A DNA stretch of 30,186 bases. Origin: Thermomicrobiales bacterium (GTDB taxonomy: Bacteria > Chloroflexota > Chloroflexia > Thermomicrobiales > CFX8). Of this stretch, positions 22,634 through 30,186 are shown in pieces. Below the pieces are notes generated by a model. That model saw nothing but the letters and a program-made list of their open reading frames with translations. It searched no databases and was not told the origin of the DNA. The translations under genes were made by a program, and so were the position numbers. Positions within the stretch are counted from its first letter, which is position 1. Every line of letters begins with the position of its first letter. The stretch is taken from contig DATGQR010000391.1 in assembly GCA_035304105.1 (NCBI GenBank), positions 1-30,186 of the forward strand, in the 5' to 3' direction.

Positions 22634-24430
22634 CTAATCTTCGAGCCAGACGTTCCAGAAGATCGGGAACGAGGAGACTGGCAGGGCCTCGCCCTTGAGG
22701 TTCGAGCGGAAGATGCTCAGCCCGAAGAAGTCGCCGACGCGGATGGCCGGCACCTCTTCGAAGTAGAGCTGCTGGAACTCCTCCCAGATCGCAAAGCGCT
22801 CGTCGAAGTCGGTAGCCGTCATGATCCGGTCGAGGATCTCCTCCTTGGCTTCGCTCTCCCACCAGCCGGGCCAGTTGGCCGGGATGAACGAGAGCGTGGT
22901 CGGCTCGGGGTTGAAGCTGAAGCCGGTGTTGAAGATCTCGTACTCCTCGGGGTTGGTGCGCCGCTCGACGACCGAGCCCCAGTCCATCGAGACGAGCTCG
23001 GCGTTGATGCCGACGTCTTGCAGGTGTTGCACGCCGGTCAACGCCACGGCGAAGTAATCCTCGCGGTCCGACGGCCCCATCCAGCGCACTGTCTCGCCGT
23101 TGTAAGCGCTCTGCTCAACCAGCTCACGGGCGCGGTCGGGGTCGTACGGGTTGTAGAACTCCGCGCCGACCTCGGTGAACCAGACGCTCTCCGGCGGCAT
23201 CAGCGAGGGCTGCAGGCGCCAGAAGTCCGGCGGGCCGAAGGCGGCCGCCATGATCTCCTCGTGGTTGAAGGCGTAGAGCGCCGCCTGGCGCAGCACCGGG
23301 TCAGCCATCGGCCCCTGAGCCTTGTTGAAGATGATTCCCATGAAGCGCAGCGGCTTGATGACCAGCGCCTCGACATCGCTGGAGTCCTGCAGCCGCTCAT
23401 GCTCGTCGCGGGTGACCTCCTCGGCCCAGTGGTAGTCCCCAGCCTCGACGCCAGCGATGCGCGCCGCGGCGTCGGGCACGGTGATGAACTCGAGCTCTTC
23501 GAAGTAGGCCGTGCGCCGGCCGGCATAGGCGTCCGGCGCCTCCTCTCGCGGGCTGTAGTCTTCGAAGCGCTCCAGCAGGATGTGGCGGTCGGGGATGTGC
23601 TCGACGAAGCTGTAGGGCCCGGTGCCGACGTATTCTTCCAGCCGCTCGGTGCCGGCCGCTTCGGCGATCTCGCCGGGCATGACCATCATGCCGCCGCCCG
23701 GGCCGGTCAGGTAGGCCAGCAGCGGCGAGAACGGCTTGCTCAGGCTGATCTCGACGGTGTAATCGTCGACCGCCACCACGTCAGTAATCGACTCGTAGGC
23801 CGCGATACCTTCGCCAACCAGCTGCCCCCAGCGATTGAAGCACTTGACGATATCGTCGGCGACCATCTCGTCGCCGTTGTGGAACTTGATGCCCTCGCGT
23901 AGCTGGAAGGTGTAGGTCAGCCCGTCGGCAGCGATCTCGAAGCTGTCGACCAGGCACGGCTGGATGTCCCAGGCGCTGTCCCAGGCGAAGAGGTACTCGA
24001 AGACATGCTGCGACGGCACGAGCACGACGATGGCCGTCGTCCAGCTGCTGTCGAGCGTTGGTGGCTCGGAGTAGAGCGCGACCCGGCCGGTGCCGCCCAT
24101 GACGCCGGGCGCGTCGCCGCCAGTCGCCTCCCCGCCATCCGTTCCCCCGTCGTCTTCTTCGGTGCCGGAGTCGGCGTCTTCTTCGGAGTCGTCGTCCTCG
24201 GCCGCAGTCTCCTCCGGTTCGTCGCCCTCCGCTGCGGCAGTGGCCGTGGGCGCGTCGGTGGAGTCGCCTCCCGACGTTTCCTGGTCGCTGTCATCGTCGT
24301 CATCGTCGCCGCCGCAGGCCGCGAGCAGTGACGATGCCAGTGATAAGGCGCCGGCTCCGGCCGCCATCTGCAGCATGCGTCGACGTGACAGACGGACCTT
24401 GCTGGTCGTCTCGTGCTCCTCAGAAAGCAT
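22634..24430 (-). CDS. Family 5 ABC substrate-binding protein, Tat lipoprotein with a long acidic linker
   Basis: SRRRML twin-Arg, LAAC lipobox, DGLTYTFQLREGIKFHNG, GTGPY; GGAGGAGG SD before ATG 24430. Confidence 0.95.
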   Translation of the reverse strand: MLSEEHETTSKVRLSRRRMLQMAAGAGALSLASSLLAACGGDDDDDDSDQETSGGDSTDAPTATAAAEGDEPEETAAEDDDSEEDADSGTEEDDGGTDGGEATGGDAPGVMGGTGRVALYSEPPTLDSSWTTAIVVLVPSQHVFEYLFAWDSAWDIQPCLVDSFEIAADGLTYTFQLREGIKFHNGDEMVADDIVKCFNRWGQLVGEGIAAYESITDVVAVDDYTVEISLSKPFSPLLAYLTGPGGGMMVMPGEIAEAAGTERLEEYVGTGPYSFVEHIPDRHILLERFEDYSPREEAPDAYAGRRTAYFEELEFITVPDAAARIAGVEAGDYHWAEEVTRDEHERLQDSSDVEALVIKPLRFMGIIFNKAQGPMADPVLRQAALYAFNHEEIMAAAFGPPDFWRLQPSLMPPESVWFTEVGAEFYNPYDPDRARELVEQSAYNGETVRWMGPSDREDYFAVALTGVQHLQDVGINAELVSMDWGSVVERRTNPEEYEIFNTGFSFNPEPTTLSFIPANWPGWWESEAKEEILDRIMTATDFDERFAIWEEFQQLYFEEVPAIRVGDFFGLSIFRSNLKGEALPVSSFPIFWNVWLED

Positions 24431-24532
24431 CGGACCCTCCTCCCGGGATGGGGATAGCCGTTGAGAGGGTCTGTCCAAACAGGCCGTCGGCTATCGCCGC
24501 CCGGTCGTTACAGGAAATTGCTCGATGATGGC

Positions 24533-24561
24533 ACGTTAGCAATACGGTATTGGACTGTCAA
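24533..24561 (-). promoter_or_regulatory. Sigma70 promoter of the ABC operon with a palindromic operator in the spacer
   Basis: TTGACA (24561-24556)-N17-TAACGT (24538-24533); CAATAC-G-GTATTG at 24540-24552. Confidence 0.6.
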
Positions 24562-24782
24562 ATGGATGCCCGAATTGACTGATGACCGGCCTCTCGACGC
24601 CGGCTCGCACCGGCGCCGGTAGGGCACCTGTTCCAACCAATCCAGGAAGCGGCGGCTCCACCCCGGTTCTCGGCCTCCTTCGCGGGACTGAGAAGGCCGC
24701 TTTCGCACCTATCCCGAATCACGTGGAACAGATCGGGTGGGGCTCTAGCCGCGCGCAGCGCTGGCTGGCCTGTTGGGTGTAC

Positions 24783-25127
24783 CTACCGCGCTCGGATCAG
24801 CGTGCCTTCCGGGGTCAGCTCAACGAAGTGCTGCGTCCGGCCGTCGCGATAGGCCTGGCACTGATTGGCGGGGTCGTCGTCCACGGCCTCGCGTGGGTCG
24901 TGGGCGATGTCGACCGACCAGCCGGGCACCGCCTCCAGCTCCTCGGCGATGCATGGACCGTTCGAGAGGTCGGCGCCCCCGGCAGCGACCTCCGCGTACA
25001 CCTCCAGCGCCGCTTCGATCGCCCGCTCCCGCTCCGCGTTGCTTGGATCGTCATCGTCCCCCGAGATGCAGGCCGTCGCCAGCCCGCCGATCAGGAACAT
25101 CAGGCAGATCAGCCTTGTCAGGTACAT
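24783..25127 (-). CDS. Small uncharacterised lipoprotein with two periplasmic cysteines
   Basis: LATAC lipobox-like end of a hydrophobic signal; DLSNGPCIA..DIAHDPR..DDDPANQC..HFVEL. Confidence 0.8.
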   Translation of the reverse strand: MYLTRLICLMFLIGGLATACISGDDDDPSNAERERAIEAALEVYAEVAAGGADLSNGPCIAEELEAVPGWSVDIAHDPREAVDDDPANQCQAYRDGRTQHFVELTPEGTLIRAR

Positions 25128-25185
25128 GACGCGCCTCGCATTTCAGCTCGCTGCTGGTGTCGATGAGTATTGCAGGCACGTTGAT

Positions 25186-26442
25186 TCAGTGTGCGCCGGC
25201 CTCGCCCGTCAGATAGTCGAACGCCGACAGGATATGGACCTCGACGGTCGCGATAAGGTCGTCAATCAACACATACTCGTCGGGCGCGCCCATGGCGTAG
25301 GGCGTGGGGCCGTAGACATAGGCCGGGATGCCGCGGTAGCGCCAGAGGCGGCAGTCCGTGCCGCCCAACCCCAGCGACGGCAGGGGGCGGATGCCGCGGG
25401 CTACTTCGGCGTTGCGCTGGATGATGTCGACCAGCTCGTGGTCAGGCGTGCAGGCGTTGGACTCGGCGCGGTTGATGATCCGGTAGCTCGCGCCCGGGTG
25501 CCGGGCGACGATCTCGTCGATCCGCGCCAGCACCTCATCGGTCGAGGCGCCGACCGGGGTGCGGATGTCGACCACGACCCGGCAATCGGCGGCGATCATG
25601 TTGACCTTGTCGCCGCCCTGAATGACGCCTGCGTTGACCGTGACGTGGGTCAGCGCGTCGACCGTACCCGGGCCGAACACCTCCTCCAGCCGCTCGCGGC
25701 TGGCCTCGACCGAGCGCAGCACAGCGCCCGAGGCGCGGATCTCGATCTCGCTCAATGCCTGGAGGTCGCGCAGCACGTCGCCAGCGACCATGATCGCGTT
25801 CGGGCTGATCTGCGGGTAGCCGCCGTGGCCGCCCGGCGTCTGGACGCGCAGCTCGATCCAGAGCGGCCCCTTCTCGGCGTAGCGCACGAAGTAGGGCGTG
25901 CTCGGCTCGCCGCTCAGCACGACGTCCCCGAGCACATCCGGCCGGTTCTCGATCAGGTAGCGCGTGCCGTACGGCCCGAAGGTCTCCTCGTCCGACACCA
26001 GCGTCAGGGTGAGCCGCCCCCGCCACTGCTCGCGCCGCTCGTGGAGGTAGAGGAAGGAGAGGATCGCAGCCGCTGCGCCCGCCTTCATGTCGTTGGCGCC
26101 GCGCCCGTAGAGCTTCCCGTCGCGCACGATTCCGGAGAACGGATCATCCGTCCAGGCGTCCCGGTCTCCGGCCGGGAAGACGTCGAAGTGCGCGTTGAGT
26201 ACCAGGTGCTTACCCAGCCCCGCCCCATCGGCGTGCGCGATCAGATTCGGCATCGACGGCTCCGGCGCGACAATCTCGCACTCCACCCCGTGCTGCCGCA
26301 GATATCCAACGACGAAGTCGCACACCGCGGTCGTATCCCCCGGCGGGTTCTCGCTCGGAATCCGAACCAACTGCCGCGTCAGCTCAATGATCCGCTCCCG
26401 CTCGCCCCGCAGCTGACCGAGTAGGTGTCGTCGCGCGTCCAT
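25186..26442 (-). CDS. M20 family (ArgE/DapE-like) metallo-amidohydrolase
   Basis: LNAHFDV, GRGANDMKAG, DEET, GEPS, GGHGG; start set at ATG 26442 with GGAGGGG SD. Confidence 0.92.
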   Translation of the reverse strand: MDARRHLLGQLRGERERIIELTRQLVRIPSENPPGDTTAVCDFVVGYLRQHGVECEIVAPEPSMPNLIAHADGAGLGKHLVLNAHFDVFPAGDRDAWTDDPFSGIVRDGKLYGRGANDMKAGAAAAILSFLYLHERREQWRGRLTLTLVSDEETFGPYGTRYLIENRPDVLGDVVLSGEPSTPYFVRYAEKGPLWIELRVQTPGGHGGYPQISPNAIMVAGDVLRDLQALSEIEIRASGAVLRSVEASRERLEEVFGPGTVDALTHVTVNAGVIQGGDKVNMIAADCRVVVDIRTPVGASTDEVLARIDEIVARHPGASYRIINRAESNACTPDHELVDIIQRNAEVARGIRPLPSLGLGGTDCRLWRYRGIPAYVYGPTPYAMGAPDEYVLIDDLIATVEVHILSAFDYLTGEAGAH

Positions 26443-26457
26443 TTTGTGTGCCCCTCC

Positions 26458-26534
26458 GGCCCTTACCTGCGACCTGCACAGCGGGTCGCGGGTGAGGGCT
26501 CTTCCCTGCAACGTACAAACTACAACCTAACCCC
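26458..26534. repeat. REP-like hairpin plus CTACAA-type heptamers
   Basis: Minus strand GCCCTCACCCGCGACCCGC-tgt-GCAGGTCGCAGGTAAGGGC; GTACAAA CTACAAC CTAACCC at 26513-26533. Confidence 0.65.
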
Positions 26535-28448
26535 CTAGTCCCTCCTCTGCCGTCGCACGCCGACCCGCACGCGCCCATCCTGGCCGCGAGCGATCTCGCG
26601 GTCGGCCTTGTCGAGGTTGACGGCGGCGTTGATCAGCGCCATGTGGGTGAAGGCCTGGGGGAAGTTACCCAGGAATTCACCGGTCTCGGGGTCGATCTCC
26701 TCGGAGTACAGGCCGAGGTCGTTGGCGTAGTTGATCAGCCGGGAGAAGAGCTCGCGTGCCTCGTCGATGCGGCCCAGGAAGGTCAGATTGTCGACCATCC
26801 AGAAGGAGCACAGCGTGAAGGTCGCCTCGCTGCCGGGCACGCCGTCATCGATCTCGTCGGTCAGGTAGCGATAGACCAGGCCGTTGCGCATCAATTTCCT
26901 TTGGATGGCTTCGACGGTGCCGACCATGCGCGGGTCGTCGGCGGGAATGAAGTGGACCATCGGCATTAGCAGGGCGCTGGCATCGAGAGCGTCGCCATCG
27001 TAGGTCTGGGTGAAGCTGTTGAGCTCCGCGTTGAAGCCGCGCTCAAGCGTCGTCGCCTTGATCTCATCGCGCACTTTGCGCCAGCGTTCGGTGTCGGCCG
27101 GCAGGTTGAAATGCCTGGCCAGCAGCAGGGCGCGCTGGAGCGCCACCCAGCACATCACTTTGGAATGCACGTGGTGGTCGGGCTCGCTGCGCATCTCCCA
27201 GATGCCGCTGTCCTTCTCCATCCAGACCTCGCAGACCTCGTCGGCCAGGCGGCGCAAGTTGGCCCAGACCTGCGCGTCGAAGCGCTCGCGGTCAACTCCA
27301 TAGCGCTCGATCCCGCCCCAGACATCGTAGAAGAGGTAAGCGGTGTCGAGGATCTGGCCGTAGATGTCGAGCTGGCGTTGCTTGTAGGCCGCGTTGCCGA
27401 TCCGCACCGGCCGGGAGTCGCGATAGCCCGAGAGATGGTCGAGCGTTTGCTCGGTCAGCTCGGTCTCGCCACGGATGCCGTACATGATCTGGAGCTTGCC
27501 GTTGGGCGTGTCGAGGAAGCGCTCGTGGATCCACTCCATGAAGTCGTGCGCTTCGTCATAGAAGCCGATCAGTCCGAAGGACCACAGCGTCAAGGTGGCG
27601 TCGCGGATCCAGGTGTAGCGATAGTCCCAGTTGCGCTGGCCGCCGATCTCCTCGGGCAGCGAGGTCGTGGCCGCGGCGATGATCGCGCCGGTCGGACGAA
27701 ACGTCAGCAACTTGAGCGTCAGCGCGCTGCGAATGACCATATCGCGGAACAGGCCGAAGTAGGGGCACTCGCTGACCCACTGGCGCCAGAAGTTGACGGC
27801 GTGGTTGATGGCGCGGCGCACGTCGCCGGGCAAGGGCGTGCGTGGGCGAGAGTCGGAGAGCACGGCATAGAGGCGGTCGCCCGTCCGCAGGGTCACGCGC
27901 GCGCCGATCGCGGCCGGTCTCTCCTGCTCGTGGACGAACGGCCAGTTACCGATCAACCAGACCTCGCCGTCCTGATAGGACCAGCGCACCACGCCCGGCT
28001 CGACGATCTCGGCGCGCGCCTGCTGGCGGGCATAGTCCGGCGTGACCAGGCAGTTCAACTCCATCTCGATCGTGCCATGGGTGCATTCGACCAGCCGGAT
28101 GATCTCGTGGGGCGGCTCTCCTTCGCGCTCGGTCGTGGCCGGCGCGGTGAAGCAATCGGTCAGCGTGGCGACTCCGGTGGGAGAGGTGTAGATGATGCGC
28201 AGGACGTTGCTGTCGTCAATGTAGCGGCGCTGGGCCTGGTACTCGCCGGAGGGCTTGATCTGGAAGCTGCCGCCCAGCTCGGCGTCGAGGATCTTGAGGA
28301 AGAACGGGGGGCTGTCGAGGTGCGGCAGGGCGCACCAATCGATGCCGCCGTCGCGATTGACCAGCGCCAACCCGCGGGTGTCGCCGATGATGCCGTAGTC
28401 CGAGATCGGGCAGTAGGTCGCCGTTCTGCCGTAGGTGTCACTTGCCAT
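26535..28448 (-). CDS. Glycoside hydrolase family 15 (trehalase/glucoamylase-like)
   Basis: ISDYGIIGD, IDWCALPHLDSP, TTSLPE..RNWDYRYTWIRD, GIWEMR, FTLCSFW, GLYSEEID..LGNFPQAFTH. Confidence 0.95.
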   Translation of the reverse strand: MASDTYGRTATYCPISDYGIIGDTRGLALVNRDGGIDWCALPHLDSPPFFLKILDAELGGSFQIKPSGEYQAQRRYIDDSNVLRIIYTSPTGVATLTDCFTAPATTEREGEPPHEIIRLVECTHGTIEMELNCLVTPDYARQQARAEIVEPGVVRWSYQDGEVWLIGNWPFVHEQERPAAIGARVTLRTGDRLYAVLSDSRPRTPLPGDVRRAINHAVNFWRQWVSECPYFGLFRDMVIRSALTLKLLTFRPTGAIIAAATTSLPEEIGGQRNWDYRYTWIRDATLTLWSFGLIGFYDEAHDFMEWIHERFLDTPNGKLQIMYGIRGETELTEQTLDHLSGYRDSRPVRIGNAAYKQRQLDIYGQILDTAYLFYDVWGGIERYGVDRERFDAQVWANLRRLADEVCEVWMEKDSGIWEMRSEPDHHVHSKVMCWVALQRALLLARHFNLPADTERWRKVRDEIKATTLERGFNAELNSFTQTYDGDALDASALLMPMVHFIPADDPRMVGTVEAIQRKLMRNGLVYRYLTDEIDDGVPGSEATFTLCSFWMVDNLTFLGRIDEARELFSRLINYANDLGLYSEEIDPETGEFLGNFPQAFTHMALINAAVNLDKADREIARGQDGRVRVGVRRQRRD

Positions 28449-28503
28449 GGCAACTCCTCGCGTCGCTTGCCGGGGTGCCGTGCCGGCTTGATCTTAACTG
28501 GGA

Positions 28504-29739
28504 TCAGGGCGGCGTGGCGGTAGTCGCGCCGTCGCTCCGCGCGCCGGGCAGCCACAGCAGCAGCGCGGCGACAAAGGCGAACAGCGGCAGGACCATGCCC
28601 AGCAGGCCGTAGCCGCCGACACCGATCAAGCCGCCGCCGATCAAGGTGCCCAGCCCGGCGCCGAGCGTGATGATCGAGGCGTTGAGGACCATCGTCGTCC
28701 CCGCGCCAGCCGGAGATTCGTCTGCCAGCAGGGTGGTGAACGCAACCCTGCCGATGCCTCCGGCGAGCGTCAGGGTTGCCAGCATCAGGATTGCCAGATA
28801 GGGGCCAGTTCCCAGCGTCAGGATCGCCGCCCAGAACACGCCGATGATCGCCGTCGAGACGCTGAAGATCGGCGCCAGCCCGATGCCGCCCAGGCGACCA
28901 CCACCGATCATGCTGCCCAGGAAGAAGCCCGCCCCGGTGGCCATATAGCCGTAGCCGATCTCGCCGGTGGAGAAACCGTGCTGGTCGTCGAGGAACGCGC
29001 CCAGGTAGGTGAACGGTCCGGCCCAGGCGATCGCCTGGAGCAGCGACGCGCCGTAGAACAGCAGCATGCGGCGGTCTTCGAGCAACGGCAGGTAAGCTCG
29101 GCCCAGGCCGCGCAGCGAGGTCCGCCCCGCGCCGCGCCCGCCATCGGGGAAGCTGATCGCGAAGGCCACCAGCACAGCGAGGGCCACGAGCGCGACGAAG
29201 CCGAAGGCGCTGCGCCAGGAGAGGAACGAGCCGATGCCGGTCAACAGCGGCGCGCCGGCCACCGCGCCAGCCGCGACGGTCGCCGTGATGATGCTGAGCG
29301 CCCGGCGGCGGGCCGGGCCGGCGAAGCGCGAGCCGGCGACTGCCAGCGGCACGCCCGAGGCGATCGAGCCGCCGATCCCGCCGATCATGCGGGTGATCAG
29401 CACGGTGGTGAAATCCGGCGCCAGCGCCGTGCCGCTAGCGCTGAGGACTGTCGCCAGCAGCCCGGCCAGGATGACCCGGCGGTGACCCAGCTGGTCCGCC
29501 AGCGGGCCGACGAGCAGCCCTCCGAAGGCGGTCATGAAGAAGGTGGCCGTCGCCACCTGCCCGAGCACCGGGACCGCCGTATCGATGTCACGGCTGATTG
29601 CCGGCAGAAACGGGCCGAGCGCGAAGCTGTTGAGCAGCCCGACGAACGAGGTGAGCGCCAGGGGAGCGAGCACGCCGCGCTGGAGCCTGGTCGCGCTGCG
29701 CGCCGGCAGCGTTGCTCCCTTGTGCCCGGAAATCTTCAT
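28504..29739 (-). CDS. MFS transporter (12-TMS, DHA1/AraJ-like)
   Basis: GPLADQLGHRR motif A, TRMIGGIG, SWRSAF; many TM helices. Confidence 0.9.
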   Translation of the reverse strand: MKISGHKGATLPARSATRLQRGVLAPLALTSFVGLLNSFALGPFLPAISRDIDTAVPVLGQVATATFFMTAFGGLLVGPLADQLGHRRVILAGLLATVLSASGTALAPDFTTVLITRMIGGIGGSIASGVPLAVAGSRFAGPARRRALSIITATVAAGAVAGAPLLTGIGSFLSWRSAFGFVALVALAVLVAFAISFPDGGRGAGRTSLRGLGRAYLPLLEDRRMLLFYGASLLQAIAWAGPFTYLGAFLDDQHGFSTGEIGYGYMATGAGFFLGSMIGGGRLGGIGLAPIFSVSTAIIGVFWAAILTLGTGPYLAILMLATLTLAGGIGRVAFTTLLADESPAGAGTTMVLNASIITLGAGLGTLIGGGLIGVGGYGLLGMVLPLFAFVAALLLWLPGARSDGATTATPP

Positions 29740-29770
29740 GCGCGCATCCTAGCAGCCGCCATCGACGAAC

Positions 29771-29809
29771 AGCACCCGCCAGGCGGTCATTGGAATCCTG
29801 GCGGGTGCT
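29771..29809. terminator. Hairpin downstream of the collagen-like gene
   Basis: AGCACCCGCCAGG-N13-CCTGGCGGGTGCT perfect 13-bp stem. Confidence 0.55.
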
Positions 29810-29852
29810 TGTCCTTGGAGCGTTCTCGAGGGGCCTGGCGTCCTACGCGTCG

Positions 29853-30186
29853 CTACGATCCGCAGACGGCGATGGCACGCAGGTTGACCGTGCGATCGGT
29901 TCCGTTGAACGCCGTGACATCCCAACCTATGACGCGCCCGCTGACGATGTCTACGTTCGGGGCGCTAAACAGGATGTCGACGCCGGGCGGGACGAGATCA
30001 TGCCCGCCACCGGTGGCGATCGTCTCCAGGGGGCAGGTAGCGATCACCGAACCGAAGTCGCCGGCAGCGATGTCGACGGTATTGACCGCCCGGAAGGTGA
30101 AGTCGATCCCCGATCCTGCCGGACCTTGTGGGCCGGGTGGACCCTGAGGACCTTGCGGCCCTGGCTCGCCCTGCGGCCCCTGAGGA
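29853..30186 (-). CDS. Collagen-like protein, 3' end only (5' part beyond the window)
   Basis: Hand translation: PQGPQGEPGPQGPQGPPGPQGPAG (Gly-X-Y) then a globular tail SGIDFTFRAVNTV..VIATCP..ATGGG..GWDV..RAIAVCGS*. Confidence 0.85.
   Translation of the reverse strand, partial: PQGPQGEPGPQGPQGPPGPQGPAGSGIDFTFRAVNTVDIAAGDFGSVIATCPLETIATGGGHDLVPPGVDILFSAPNVDIVSGRVIGWDVTAFNGTDRTVNLRAIAVCGS

Noticed and set aside
24508-24708. 66-aa minus-strand ORF between the lipoprotein and SBP genes
   Set aside because: Runs through the ABC operon promoter, has a weak start context, and shows no recognisable family features.

Overview
GC-rich bacterial chromosomal window with about 28 real CDS. The gene style and repertoire (Tat-lipoproteins with acidic linkers, an LLM oxidoreductase, a characteristic secreted domain at the left edge) suggest Chloroflexota/Thermomicrobiales; this is inference. 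Protein content is mostly envelope stress, efflux and nutrient uptake: HtrA, M50 protease, TIGR02587/02588 pair, DUF2089 plus DUF4097 operon, four MFS transporters, a peptide ABC transporter without ATPase, M20 hydrolase, GH15, Mrp/ApbC and a collagen-like protein. No integrase, transposase, CRISPR array, rRNA or tRNA was seen. The most interesting signals are intergenic. (1) Two 4x11-bp OmpR-type direct-repeat promoters with identical architecture, one in front of htrA and one in front of a ~215-nt C-rich-loop/anti-Shine-Dalgarno sRNA candidate. (2) A second ~215-nt C-rich multi-hairpin RNA candidate at 2461-2675. (3) A GAAC-N4-GTTC LexA box over the promoter of a TfoX-N/YjbR-like gene followed by a GNAT gene. 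(4) Dispersed heptamer tandem repeats and REP-like palindromes. (5) Several enzymes lacking canonical catalytic residues. All calls were made by eye; no searches were run.
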